Shown: positions 25,001 to 32,000, counted from the stretch's first letter. The stretch: 32,000 nt of DNA from Candidatus Saccharibacteria bacterium oral taxon 488 (GCA_010202845.1 CP047921.1:821180-853179); one strand, 5' to 3'. Made by a program: numbers and translations. The notes: generated from the sequence alone by a model not told the origin.

Positions 25001-26182
25001 TTATTTGTGATCGTGGCGCCACTGCCGCGGAATCAATGTTAATCCCCCAAACGACTGCCCAACCACTGAAAAGTCTTTCGTGATAGTAAATTCCTCGGCA
25101 CGATAAGCAACGTCATACTTTACTGACCCATCGTGATTGAGGAGATTAACATCAACATAATACGACCCCGGGCCCAAGTTTGCTTCGATATCGAGTGTCA
25201 GTTTTTTATCCTTCGGTAGCCTAGCAAAACCCTCACGATTAGTAATAAAATTCGATACTAAATCACTGTCTTTGCGATATAAATCAACCATGATTGCTCG
25301 CGTCTTATCGTGACGCCAGGCGATATCAAACGAGATAGTCTCGCCAACCTTAAAGCTACGCTGTTTTTTACCTGTCGCGCCACGTATTGTAACATCAACA
25401 TTTTCACCGGTATATTGCCTATTTCGGTCAATACTCGCGTCAATCACCGCCTGGTTAAGCCGACTATACTCGTCAGCTACCTGAACCGGGTTTCCCTCTT
25501 TAATAATCTTGCCATCCTGAATTAGCACAGCACGATTACAAAACTTCTTGACTGTTTCCATGTCATGTGTAACCAAGACAACTGTCTGCCCGCTGGCTTT
25601 ATATTGCTCAAATATGTCGATACACTTGCGTTGAAAGGCTTCATCACCAACAGCTAATACTTCATCAAAAATCATAATATCATTACGCGCCTTGATTGCT
25701 ACCGAAAACGCCAATCGTACCTGCATGCCCGACGAATAATTTTTTAACTTCTGATCCATAAACGGTTCAAGTTCAGCAAAGGCAACGATCTCATCATACA
25801 TCGCCTCCATCTCTTTGCGAGTAAACCCGAGTAACGCCCCGTTCAAAAAAACATTGTCTCGGCCAGATAACTCTGGGTTGAAGCCAACGCCCAGTTCAAT
25901 AAATGGCGTCAACTTACCGTTTAGCTGGACATCTCCACTCGTTGGTTGATATACACCGGCGAGAATCTTAAGCATGGTACTTTTTCCCGAGCCATTCCGA
26001 CCAACAACGCCGAAAAAATCGCCCTGATTAACAGTAAAACTAACCCCGTCTAGTACTTTCTGGACGGTCTTTTTATTCCTCTTGACAATATTAACAAAAG
26101 CATGCTTGATGCTTGAGTTCTTGGTTTGCGGCAGCACAAACTCTTTATGTATATCCTTGATTATAATCGCCGGCTTCGTCAT
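25001..26182 (-). CDS. polysaccharide/teichoic-acid ABC exporter ATP-binding protein (Wzt/TagH-like) with extra ~150-aa C-terminal beta-rich domain
   Basis: Walker A GRNGSGKST, signature YSSGMQVRLAF, Walker B IMIFDEVLAVGD. The C-terminal extension (DVTIRGATGKKQRSFKVGETISFDI ... SYYVDVNLLNHDGS) lies beyond the NBD. GGAGGA sits 7 nt upstream. Confidence 0.85.
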   Translation of the reverse strand: MTKPAIIIKDIHKEFVLPQTKNSSIKHAFVNIVKRNKKTVQKVLDGVSFTVNQGDFFGVVGRNGSGKSTMLKILAGVYQPTSGDVQLNGKLTPFIELGVGFNPELSGRDNVFLNGALLGFTRKEMEAMYDEIVAFAELEPFMDQKLKNYSSGMQVRLAFSVAIKARNDIMIFDEVLAVGDEAFQRKCIDIFEQYKASGQTVVLVTHDMETVKKFCNRAVLIQDGKIIKEGNPVQVADEYSRLNQAVIDASIDRNRQYTGENVDVTIRGATGKKQRSFKVGETISFDIAWRHDKTRAIMVDLYRKDSDLVSNFITNREGFARLPKDKKLTLDIEANLGPGSYYVDVNLLNHDGSVKYDVAYRAEEFTITKDFSVVGQSFGGLTLIPRQWRHDHK

Positions 26183-26992
26183 CTAAATGTCCTCCGCAAA
26201 TGAACGTTGCTTACGCTGGAAATACCACCACCCCAGCCCAAACAGCCCGATGGTTATCATAATCGGAATAAACCACAACAACGGATTATGAAATGTTTGC
26301 CAAATTGTCTGAGAGGCGGGGTTACTAGGCATCAGTGTATGCCTGGCGTCTTGAATAATTTGCGTAACAGGGTTCAAAAACGCGACTTTCTGGATGACTG
26401 CAGGCATATAAATAATGGCGAAAATAATACCACTGGCGTAAAACCCAGCCTGCAACAAAATTTCCCAAATGTACGCGATATCACGAAATGTCACATAAAG
26501 CGCTGAGAGCAGGAGAGATAGGCCAATTGATAGCAAAAATAGCTGAGCAATTATCGGAATTAGTAGCAACCACAACAAAGTTGGCATCAAGCCACTTAGT
26601 AGTGCAAAAATTATCACCACAATCATCCCCAAGCCAAGGTTAATCAGCGCCGATACGGAGCTGGCAACCACTAAGAGGTGTCTCGGGATTGCCACCTTAC
26701 GAATTAGTTGCCCATTTTCCACTACCGAACGAGTACCTACCATTGTTGCCTCAGAGAAAAAGTTCCACAGCACGACGCCAATTAATAACCAGACGCCAAA
26801 ATATTCAATCCCTTTACTACCCTGTGGGAATGCATAGGTAAACAATACATACAAGATGCCGAATATGAACAGCGGCTTCAGAAGCGACCATACGTATCCG
26901 AGGGCAGAATTTTGGTAGCGAACCTTAAAGTCTGTGCTAACCATTGCGCGCAAAATTGCCCGATTTTTTTCATTACCAAAGAGATGTTTCAC
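26183..26992 (-). CDS. ABC-2 type polysaccharide exporter permease (Wzm/TagG-like)
   Basis: DFKVRYQNSALGYVWSLLKPL is the ABC-2 N-terminal signature, followed by six hydrophobic spans. I chose GTG 26992, 6 nt after TGGTATAAT, over the track start at 27082. The stop abuts the ATPase start. Confidence 0.82.
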   Translation of the reverse strand: MKHLFGNEKNRAILRAMVSTDFKVRYQNSALGYVWSLLKPLFIFGILYVLFTYAFPQGSKGIEYFGVWLLIGVVLWNFFSEATMVGTRSVVENGQLIRKVAIPRHLLVVASSVSALINLGLGMIVVIIFALLSGLMPTLLWLLLIPIIAQLFLLSIGLSLLLSALYVTFRDIAYIWEILLQAGFYASGIIFAIIYMPAVIQKVAFLNPVTQIIQDARHTLMPSNPASQTIWQTFHNPLLWFIPIMITIGLFGLGWWYFQRKQRSFAEDI

Positions 26993-27037
26993 TCCCTGAT
27001 TATACCAAATTACACCAAAAAGATATATACTTGTAAA
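26993..27037. promoter_or_regulatory. 45-bp divergent promoter region, same geometry as 630-674
   Basis: Minus-strand TGGTATAAT (26999-27007) lies 6 nt before GTG 26992. Plus-strand TATACT (27026-27031) lies 6 nt before ATG 27038. Confidence 0.55.
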
Positions 27038-28183
27038 ATGAATCGGTTGCGAGTTGTTATCGTACGAAATGCCGCACCTCATGATTTTGGTGGCGGCGAG
27101 CGATTTCCAGTGTTCTTAGCCCAAGAACTACGAGAGCTGGGCCATTTGCCGGTTATTTTTAGTCACCACACGACGCTCTGTGACTACGCTAAGCACGAAC
27201 GGTTGACTTACCGCCGCTCTTGGTGGTGGTCTCGACAAAACTGGAGCGGCCGGCGAGTTGTATTAACACCACTATATATACTCTGGCAGCTGCTACTCAC
27301 TTTGTATTATATTATCCAATTTCATCGCTACAAAGCTGACGTTGTTCACCTGCAGAGTAAGGATGATTTTATTGCTGGGTCAATTGCCGGTAAGCTTATC
27401 GGTGCCCATGTTATCTGGACCGACCACGCCGACCTCAAACATGTCTGGAAACAGCTCGGCGTATGGTATAAAAACCCGACTGGTAAGCTGGTTGCTTGGG
27501 CGGCACGCTTTGCCGACGCAATTACCCTCGTTAGCCAGAGTGAATGCCGTCTCGTTTCTGATAATCTGCCGTCAACCTCACCAATTCATCGTAAATTAAC
27601 CGTTATCTATAATGGTGTCAACGACCAGAAAACACCACACACACCCATCAAAAGCCACCCGTTCACGTTCTGTATCGCCGGTCGCCTGGTTGTTGATAAG
27701 GGAGTTAGCGAAGCGATCGCTGCATTCAAACGACTTCACGCTACACATCACGACACGCGCCTCATTCTGATCGGCGATGGACCAGATCGCTCACAATTTG
27801 AAAAACAAGCTAAAGGATTACCGATCACTTTTCGTGGCCATCAAACAGACCCTCTCCCTGAGGTTGCCACCGCTGACGTATATCTTCATCCAACATACCA
27901 CGAGGGGTTTAGTGTTTCACTCGTTGAGGCCAGTATGCTCCAGCTACCAATTATCGCCACTGACGTTGGTGGCAATCCGGAGATTATTCATCATAACAAG
28001 ACCGGCCTCCTCGTCCCCGCAAAAGATTCGACAGCACTGCATCGCGCCATGGAGCAGCTATATTCTAACCCCAAGCTTCGCGTACGTCTAGCCGCCGCCG
28101 CTCGCCGTCAATATCTTGCCTCATTTGTTTTTCACATCATCGTTAAAACACAGTTTATTCCTTTGTATGAAAACGGTTTATAA
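27038..28183 (+). CDS. GT4-family glycosyltransferase
   Basis: HEGFSVSLVEASMLQLPIIATDVGGNPEIIHHNKTGLLV motif. ATG 27038 (MNRLRVVIV) is preferred over the track start at 26912, which overlaps the permease gene. Confidence 0.85.
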   Translation: MNRLRVVIVRNAAPHDFGGGERFPVFLAQELRELGHLPVIFSHHTTLCDYAKHERLTYRRSWWWSRQNWSGRRVVLTPLYILWQLLLTLYYIIQFHRYKADVVHLQSKDDFIAGSIAGKLIGAHVIWTDHADLKHVWKQLGVWYKNPTGKLVAWAARFADAITLVSQSECRLVSDNLPSTSPIHRKLTVIYNGVNDQKTPHTPIKSHPFTFCIAGRLVVDKGVSEAIAAFKRLHATHHDTRLILIGDGPDRSQFEKQAKGLPITFRGHQTDPLPEVATADVYLHPTYHEGFSVSLVEASMLQLPIIATDVGGNPEIIHHNKTGLLVPAKDSTALHRAMEQLYSNPKLRVRLAAAARRQYLASFVFHIIVKTQFIPLYENGL

Positions 28184-28190
28184 TATACGT
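28179..28190 (+). promoter_or_regulatory. -10 box TATAAT 6 nt before ATG 28191
   Basis: TATAAT (28179-28184), ATACGT, then ATG. It lies at the very end of the upstream GT4 gene. Confidence 0.5.
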
Positions 28191-29348
28191 ATGAAGATTC
28201 GTATTGAAACCGCTGCCCTCACTGCCCCCAATATATCCGGGGTTGGTCATTATACCCGTATGTTGACCAATAGTCTCGCTCGCTATTCACCGCCAGGAAC
28301 TGAAGTTTCGGCGTTTTATTTTAATTTTTTGAGCAAGCATCGGGACCCTATTCTAGACAGCTCAATCAAGCATGAAAAACATACGCTCATGCCGCAGCGG
28401 CTATTTGCTAAGCTCCAGAGTTACGGTCTACCGTTACCGTACGACCTGCTGTCTTCGCCTGTTGATGTCGCGATTTTTCCGAATTTCGACCGCTGGACAA
28501 CCAGTAAGGCAGCTATTACTGCCGTTGTCATTCACGACCTTGGCTATCTTTATTTTCCTGAAACGATTGAACAGCGTAATTTAGCCCATTTACGCCGCCG
28601 TGTCGCCCATGCAACCCGAGTAGCAGACCTCATTATTACCGTCTCGGAGTCAGTCAAATCAGAAATTATCGCCGAATACGGCGTGCCAGCCTCAAAAATT
28701 ATCGTCACGCCAATACCAGCTGACCCAATTTATTCTCAACCGGGTGCAATCGACGTCGCCACCAAATACAACTTACCAACCAAGCGGTATATCTTTTCAA
28801 TCGGCAATCTCGAACCGCGCAAGGATTTACCGACAATGATTGCTGCTTTTCGGGCCCTGCCAGAAAAAATCCGCAAACAATATTCGTTAGTGTTGGCTGG
28901 CGGTAAGGGCTGGAAGACCGAAACTACTGAACGTGCCATCGCTGAAGCCCAGGCTGCAGGTGAACATATTGTCCGTCCGGGATACGTCCCCCAAGAAGAT
29001 GTACCTGCGTTTTATCAGCAAGCAGACCTTTTTTGCATGAGTTCCATTTACGAAGGATTCGGTATGCCGATTGTTGAGGCGCTGACTAGCGGTACGCCGG
29101 TTGTTGCCTCCGATATTCCTGTACTCCGCGAGGCTGGTGGAAATGCGGTTCTTTACGCTCAGCCTAAAAATCCCGACGACTTCATGAAAAAAATGCTCTC
29201 TATTATCGCTGACCCGCAAAAAGCACGCCTTGATATGAAAACTGAGGTTCAGGCTCATCTCAATACTATTTCCTGGCAGAATAATACCGATCGCCTCATC
29301 ACTGCTTTCAAGGAGGCCATTGCCGCTAAAAAACATCGCACCAACTAG
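28191..29348 (+). CDS. GT4-family glycosyltransferase (mannosyltransferase-like)
   Basis: YEGFGMPIVEALTSGTPVVASDIPVLREAGG motif. ATG 28191 (MKIRIETA) is preferred over the track start at 28116. Confidence 0.85.
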   Translation: MKIRIETAALTAPNISGVGHYTRMLTNSLARYSPPGTEVSAFYFNFLSKHRDPILDSSIKHEKHTLMPQRLFAKLQSYGLPLPYDLLSSPVDVAIFPNFDRWTTSKAAITAVVIHDLGYLYFPETIEQRNLAHLRRRVAHATRVADLIITVSESVKSEIIAEYGVPASKIIVTPIPADPIYSQPGAIDVATKYNLPTKRYIFSIGNLEPRKDLPTMIAAFRALPEKIRKQYSLVLAGGKGWKTETTERAIAEAQAAGEHIVRPGYVPQEDVPAFYQQADLFCMSSIYEGFGMPIVEALTSGTPVVASDIPVLREAGGNAVLYAQPKNPDDFMKKMLSIIADPQKARLDMKTEVQAHLNTISWQNNTDRLITAFKEAIAAKKHRTN

Positions 29349-29359
29349 GGTTTATGGGT

Positions 29360-29372
29360 TATACTTATCATT
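29360..29372 (+). promoter_or_regulatory. -10 box TATACT 7 nt before ATG 29373
   Basis: TATACT (29360-29365), TATCATT, then ATG. Confidence 0.45.
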
Positions 29373-29798
29373 ATGGCTCGTTTCAAACACTACATCACCA
29401 ACCACGCCACCAAACTTCGCTACCTCCTTATCGGTACCATTAATACCGCCATTGATTTTGGTATATTGTTTATGCTAACTTGGCTTATTAGCACACCAAA
29501 AGAATTAGCTAACATCATCTCAACCACCATCGCCTTTAGCTTTAGCTTTGTTGCTAATCGATCGTTCACCTTTCGCTCACGCACCGGTAATGTTCGTCGC
29601 CAGCTACTCCTCTTTACCCTCGTCACCCTGTTTGGTCTCTGGGTAATCCAGACTATCATTATTGCGCTACTCGCGCCAATTTTCATTAGCTTTAATTTCA
29701 GTCAGCCAGTAGCACTGTTTATTAGCAAGCTCATCGCCACCGTCGCCAGCCTCATCTGGAACTACCTGCTCTATACCAACGTTGTCTTCAAAGATTAA
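29373..29798 (+). CDS. GtrA-family small membrane protein (141 aa, 4 TM)
   Basis: KLRYLLIGTINTAIDFGILFML ... FVANRSFTFR ... LWNYLLYTNVVF is the typical GtrA-like pattern. Confidence 0.82.
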   Translation: MARFKHYITNHATKLRYLLIGTINTAIDFGILFMLTWLISTPKELANIISTTIAFSFSFVANRSFTFRSRTGNVRRQLLLFTLVTLFGLWVIQTIIIALLAPIFISFNFSQPVALFISKLIATVASLIWNYLLYTNVVFKD

Positions 29799-30256
29799 GA
29801 GCTCTTCTGCGAGATTACTAAGTGCCGTGCACGGCCCTCGCCCTCAGAGTGGGTCTCAATATCGCTATAGTCGCTCGCCACGTGATGCACCACCCAGCGA
29901 TCGGCCGAATTTAGTTCAATAATTTTCGTCTCGCCCGTCCGTCGCACCTCTTCGATCCAGCCGCGCGCCTTGTCAGCAATCTTTTCGGCGTGTTGCTTTT
30001 TATAATCAGCAATATCAATATTCACTCGAACTAGTGCCGCTTGACGATTGCGTAAAATTGCCGACACCACCGTCTGTAGACTCCGCAGTGTCTCCGCATT
30101 CCGCCCAATCAGCAAGCTATTACGTTCACTCGACGGCACAACGGCCTTGATAACATCGTCTTCAACACTAACATCGACATCCAGATTGAGATCAAAGAAC
30201 GCCAAAAAGTCCTCTAGGTATTTCTTGACAAATTCAATGGTCGCGATTTGATCCAT
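29795..30256 (-). CDS. jag: Jag/KhpB RNA-binding protein (KH + R3H domains)
   Basis: 153 aa, positioned immediately after yidC. It has a KH-like LLIGRNAETLRSLQ and a C-terminal R3H-like segment. AAGGAGG lies 5 nt upstream, overlapping the yidC stop. Confidence 0.8.
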   Translation of the reverse strand: MDQIATIEFVKKYLEDFLAFFDLNLDVDVSVEDDVIKAVVPSSERNSLLIGRNAETLRSLQTVVSAILRNRQAALVRVNIDIADYKKQHAEKIADKARGWIEEVRRTGETKIIELNSADRWVVHHVASDYSDIETHSEGEGRARHLVISQKSS

Positions 30257-30265
30257 ATAGCCTCC

Positions 30266-31219
30266 TTAATCCTTCGCCTTTATCCGCGTAATGTTCGCCT
30301 CAGTCGCTGTGGCCGCTCGTTGCGAAGCGACTTTTAATTTTTTCACTGACGTGGTTGCTGACTTGCTCGTAGATTTTGGCGAACGCTTTTCGCCGGCAAT
30401 TTGTTGCATTTCTGTCCCGTCTTGCTTGAGAATAATGGCGTTTTGGATATAAGCAGCGATATTTGAGGTTGCCATGTAGAGCGCCAGCGCCCCCGGCAGA
30501 CTGATCATAATAAGGAACATAAACACCGGCATAACCTTCATCATTTTGCGCGTGACAATGGCGTTAACTTCGGTTTGATCGGCGTTCTTGCCTTCACCGG
30601 CCTCCATCAGCACATCACGTAGTCGCTTCTTGCTGTCCGAACTTGGCGACATTTGCTTTGATAATAAATACTGTAAAACGGCAGCTACCAGAGCGAGGAT
30701 GAGTAACCCGATTGATACGCCGTTTGATGATAACGCTTGCTTCGTCAAGTCCATCAGCCCCAAGAAATTCTGGTTAAAGTGATCTGGATTGGCGATCAAG
30801 TGCTTGACCGGCCCCCACTGCTCCATTACGTCGTAGGTGTACTTGGCGAGCTCTGAGCGCTGCAGTACGAATATCTGTACCACACGGTAAATCGCGATCA
30901 GCACCGGCAGCTGGATAAGAAGTACTAGGATAGAGCTCATCGGCTTGATGTTATGTTTTTTATACACATCCATCATCGCCATTGCCCGCATCTGTGGGTT
31001 ACTCTTATATTTTTTGTTCAGCTTGGCAAGCTCGGGCTGTATCTTGCGCATCGCTTTAGCCTGGTGGAGTTGCTTCTTAACCAGTGGCCACAAGAGTAAC
31101 CGCACAATTATTGTAAATAGTACAACGCTAACTCCAAAATCGCCGCCCGGGATCAGCGCGTAAATCGCCATCAGCAAGTTAAAAATTGGCTGCACAATAA
31201 CCACATCAAACATATTCAT
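30266..31219 (-). CDS. yidC: membrane protein insertase YidC, short (monoderm-type) form with basic C-terminal tail
   Basis: IVRLLLWPLVKKQLHQAKAMRKIQPELAKLNKKYKSNPQ ... YKKHNIKP is the YidC/Oxa1 core. It has the conserved position after rnpA. Confidence 0.9.
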   Translation of the reverse strand: MNMFDVVIVQPIFNLLMAIYALIPGGDFGVSVVLFTIIVRLLLWPLVKKQLHQAKAMRKIQPELAKLNKKYKSNPQMRAMAMMDVYKKHNIKPMSSILVLLIQLPVLIAIYRVVQIFVLQRSELAKYTYDVMEQWGPVKHLIANPDHFNQNFLGLMDLTKQALSSNGVSIGLLILALVAAVLQYLLSKQMSPSSDSKKRLRDVLMEAGEGKNADQTEVNAIVTRKMMKVMPVFMFLIMISLPGALALYMATSNIAAYIQNAIILKQDGTEMQQIAGEKRSPKSTSKSATTSVKKLKVASQRAATATEANITRIKAKD

Positions 31220-31234
31220 GTCCTCATTATACCA
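31220..31234 (-). promoter_or_regulatory. extended -10 TGGTATAAT, 6 nt before yidC ATG
   Basis: The minus strand reads TGGTATAAT-GAGGAC-ATG within the 24-nt rnpA-yidC spacer. Confidence 0.55.
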
Positions 31235-31243
31235 GAGGTGGCG

Positions 31244-31591
31244 CTATTTATACAGCCCGGCTTGCGAAAAGAGTTGTTTTACTGCCGTTCTTAAATTGTC
31301 ATGCGACATCAGTAGCACCTCCGGCGAAAACACCATAATGACAACATCAAACCCGCCCCGAACATGCGGCAATTCTAGTCGGATAATTTCGTAAATTCGG
31401 CGGCGAACACGATTGCGCTTAACGGCAGACTTGAGCACCTTTTTGCTAATCACTACCGAAAACCGACCATGGCGACGGCGCGGATTAGCAATATATTTCA
31501 TAGTGAGCTGCGACGAGCGAATTGCCTGCCCGCGCATATAGACGTAGCGCAGGCTACCATGACCATGAAATCGGTTGACGTGACGTAACAT
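31244..31591 (-). CDS. rnpA: ribonuclease P protein component
   Basis: 115 aa and basic. The RNR-like motif KSAVKRNRVRRRIYE is present. It has the conserved position between rpmH and yidC. Confidence 0.88.
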   Translation of the reverse strand: MLRHVNRFHGHGSLRYVYMRGQAIRSSQLTMKYIANPRRRHGRFSVVISKKVLKSAVKRNRVRRRIYEIIRLELPHVRGGFDVVIMVFSPEVLLMSHDNLRTAVKQLFSQAGLYK

Positions 31592-31603
31592 AGGTCCAGT
31601 ATA
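31592..31603 (-). promoter_or_regulatory. -10 box TATACT 6 nt before rnpA ATG
   Basis: The minus strand reads TATACT-GGACCT-ATG. Confidence 0.45.
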
Positions 31604-31633
31604 GCAAAATCCCGCCCTGTTAGGCGAGGCGGG
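31604..31633 (-). terminator. hairpin plus short U-tract between rpmH and rnpA (weak terminator/attenuator)
   Basis: Minus-strand RNA has stem CCCGCC/GGCGGG (31611-31616 pairing with 31628-31633) and an 11-nt loop. It is followed by AUUUUG. Confidence 0.4.
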
Positions 31634-31642
31634 AGTTTACAT

Positions 31643-31779
31643 TTAGATAGCGATTTTGGCGCGACCCTTGAGGCGACGGCGCTTCAGAACAGTGCGACCA
31701 GCCTTGGTCGAAACACGAGCTCGAAAACCGTGCGTCTTGGCGCGATGTCGCTTGTGTGGTTGAAATGTTCGCTTTGGCA
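31643..31779 (-). pseudogene. rpmH: 50S ribosomal protein L34 gene with an apparent 1-nt deletion (frame broken after codon 13)
   Basis: Hand translation gives [13 protein letters not shown] in frame 1. The canonical L34 remainder, [31 protein letters not shown]-stop, lies in a different frame. The span is 137 nt, not a multiple of 3. The junction is at the GGG run 31739-31741 (plus strand). Confidence 0.7.
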
Positions 31780-31789
31780 TATCGTTATT

Positions 31790-31818
31790 TAGTGTAGCCT
31801 TTTTTGACATTTTTTGCA
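31790..31818 (-). promoter_or_regulatory. rpmH promoter
   Basis: The minus strand reads TTGCAA (31813-31818), a 17-nt spacer, TACACT (31790-31795), then 10 nt to the ATG. Confidence 0.55.
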
Positions 31819-31820
31819 AG

Positions 31821-31944
31821 CCATGGATAAACTTTCCACTGTTTCTACTGTTTTTTCCACATATTTATCAGAGGTGGCTCATCGCTGTGGAAAAATCACC
31901 TCGAGAGGCCTTAGATTTTATGATGGCGCCTGTGCTTGTGGAAA
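31821..31944. other. DnaA-box cluster (oriC / dnaA promoter region)
   Basis: There are three exact copies of TTTTCCACA, one mismatch from the TTATCCACA consensus. They lie at 31852-31860 (+), 31885-31893 (-) and 31936-31944 (-). Degenerate boxes occur at 31821-31830 and 31831-31839, with AT-rich flanks. An SD-like GGGGGAAGG at the window end suggests dnaA starts just beyond 32000. Confidence 0.7.
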
Positions 31945-32000
31945 AGTCTGATTTTTTGCTATAGTAAAGTCATCAAGCTAGTTCCGAGGGGGAAGGTATT

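Noticed and set aside
26912-27082. Overlapping 5' extensions of the permease ORF (to 27082) and the GT4 ORF (from 26912) in the track. Similar extensions occur at 2107..2148, 23904..23948 and 28116..28190.
   Set aside because: The extensions overlap each other or upstream genes and mostly start at TTG or other alternative codons. They encode atypical leader sequences. Each shorter start is preceded by a -10 box at 6-7 nt or an SD, and yields a canonical family N-terminus.

Overview
This is an origin-proximal 32-kb window. The short-form YidC plus Jag/KhpB point to a monoderm-type bacterium. A CPR/Saccharibacteria-like origin is my inference only. Right edge: rpmH-rnpA-yidC-jag on the minus strand, then a DnaA-box cluster (oriC). 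dnaA presumably starts just past 32000. Left edge: tRNA-Asn(GTT) with a terminator, and a small LexA-type DNA-binding protein that lacks the peptidase domain. The ~29 kb between them (675-29798) is one large glycan-assembly supercluster. It holds a Wzy_C/O-antigen-ligase-like protein, a WbaP-type initiating phosphoglycosyltransferase, and four GT4, three GT2 and one fused GT2-GT4 transferases. It also holds manC, a Wzm/Wzt-type ABC exporter whose ATPase carries an extra C-terminal beta-rich domain, and a GtrA-like protein. Three large polytopic membrane proteins of unknown family, an FAD oxidoreductase, two tandem TIM-barrel sugar isomerase/epimerase paralogues and a short Rossmann epimerase/reductase complete it. 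An 887-aa secreted repeat protein with a small membrane-anchored partner is embedded in the cluster. Points worth a second look: (1) 14 operon-first genes start 6-7 nt after a -10 hexamer (often TGGTATAAT) and have no Shine-Dalgarno, so they look leaderless. (2) A translationally coupled five-gene operon pairs two polyprenyl-phosphate-sugar-synthase-like GT2 enzymes with an FAD oxidoreductase and two polytopic membrane proteins. (3) A four-gene sugar-modification cassette has individual promoters. (4) A 705-bp-period intragenic repeat jumps abruptly from ~85% to 100% identity. (5) rpmH appears to carry a 1-nt frameshift. I recognised no CRISPR, transposase, integrase or rRNA. All calls rest on hand reading of the sequence and ORF track; no searches were run.
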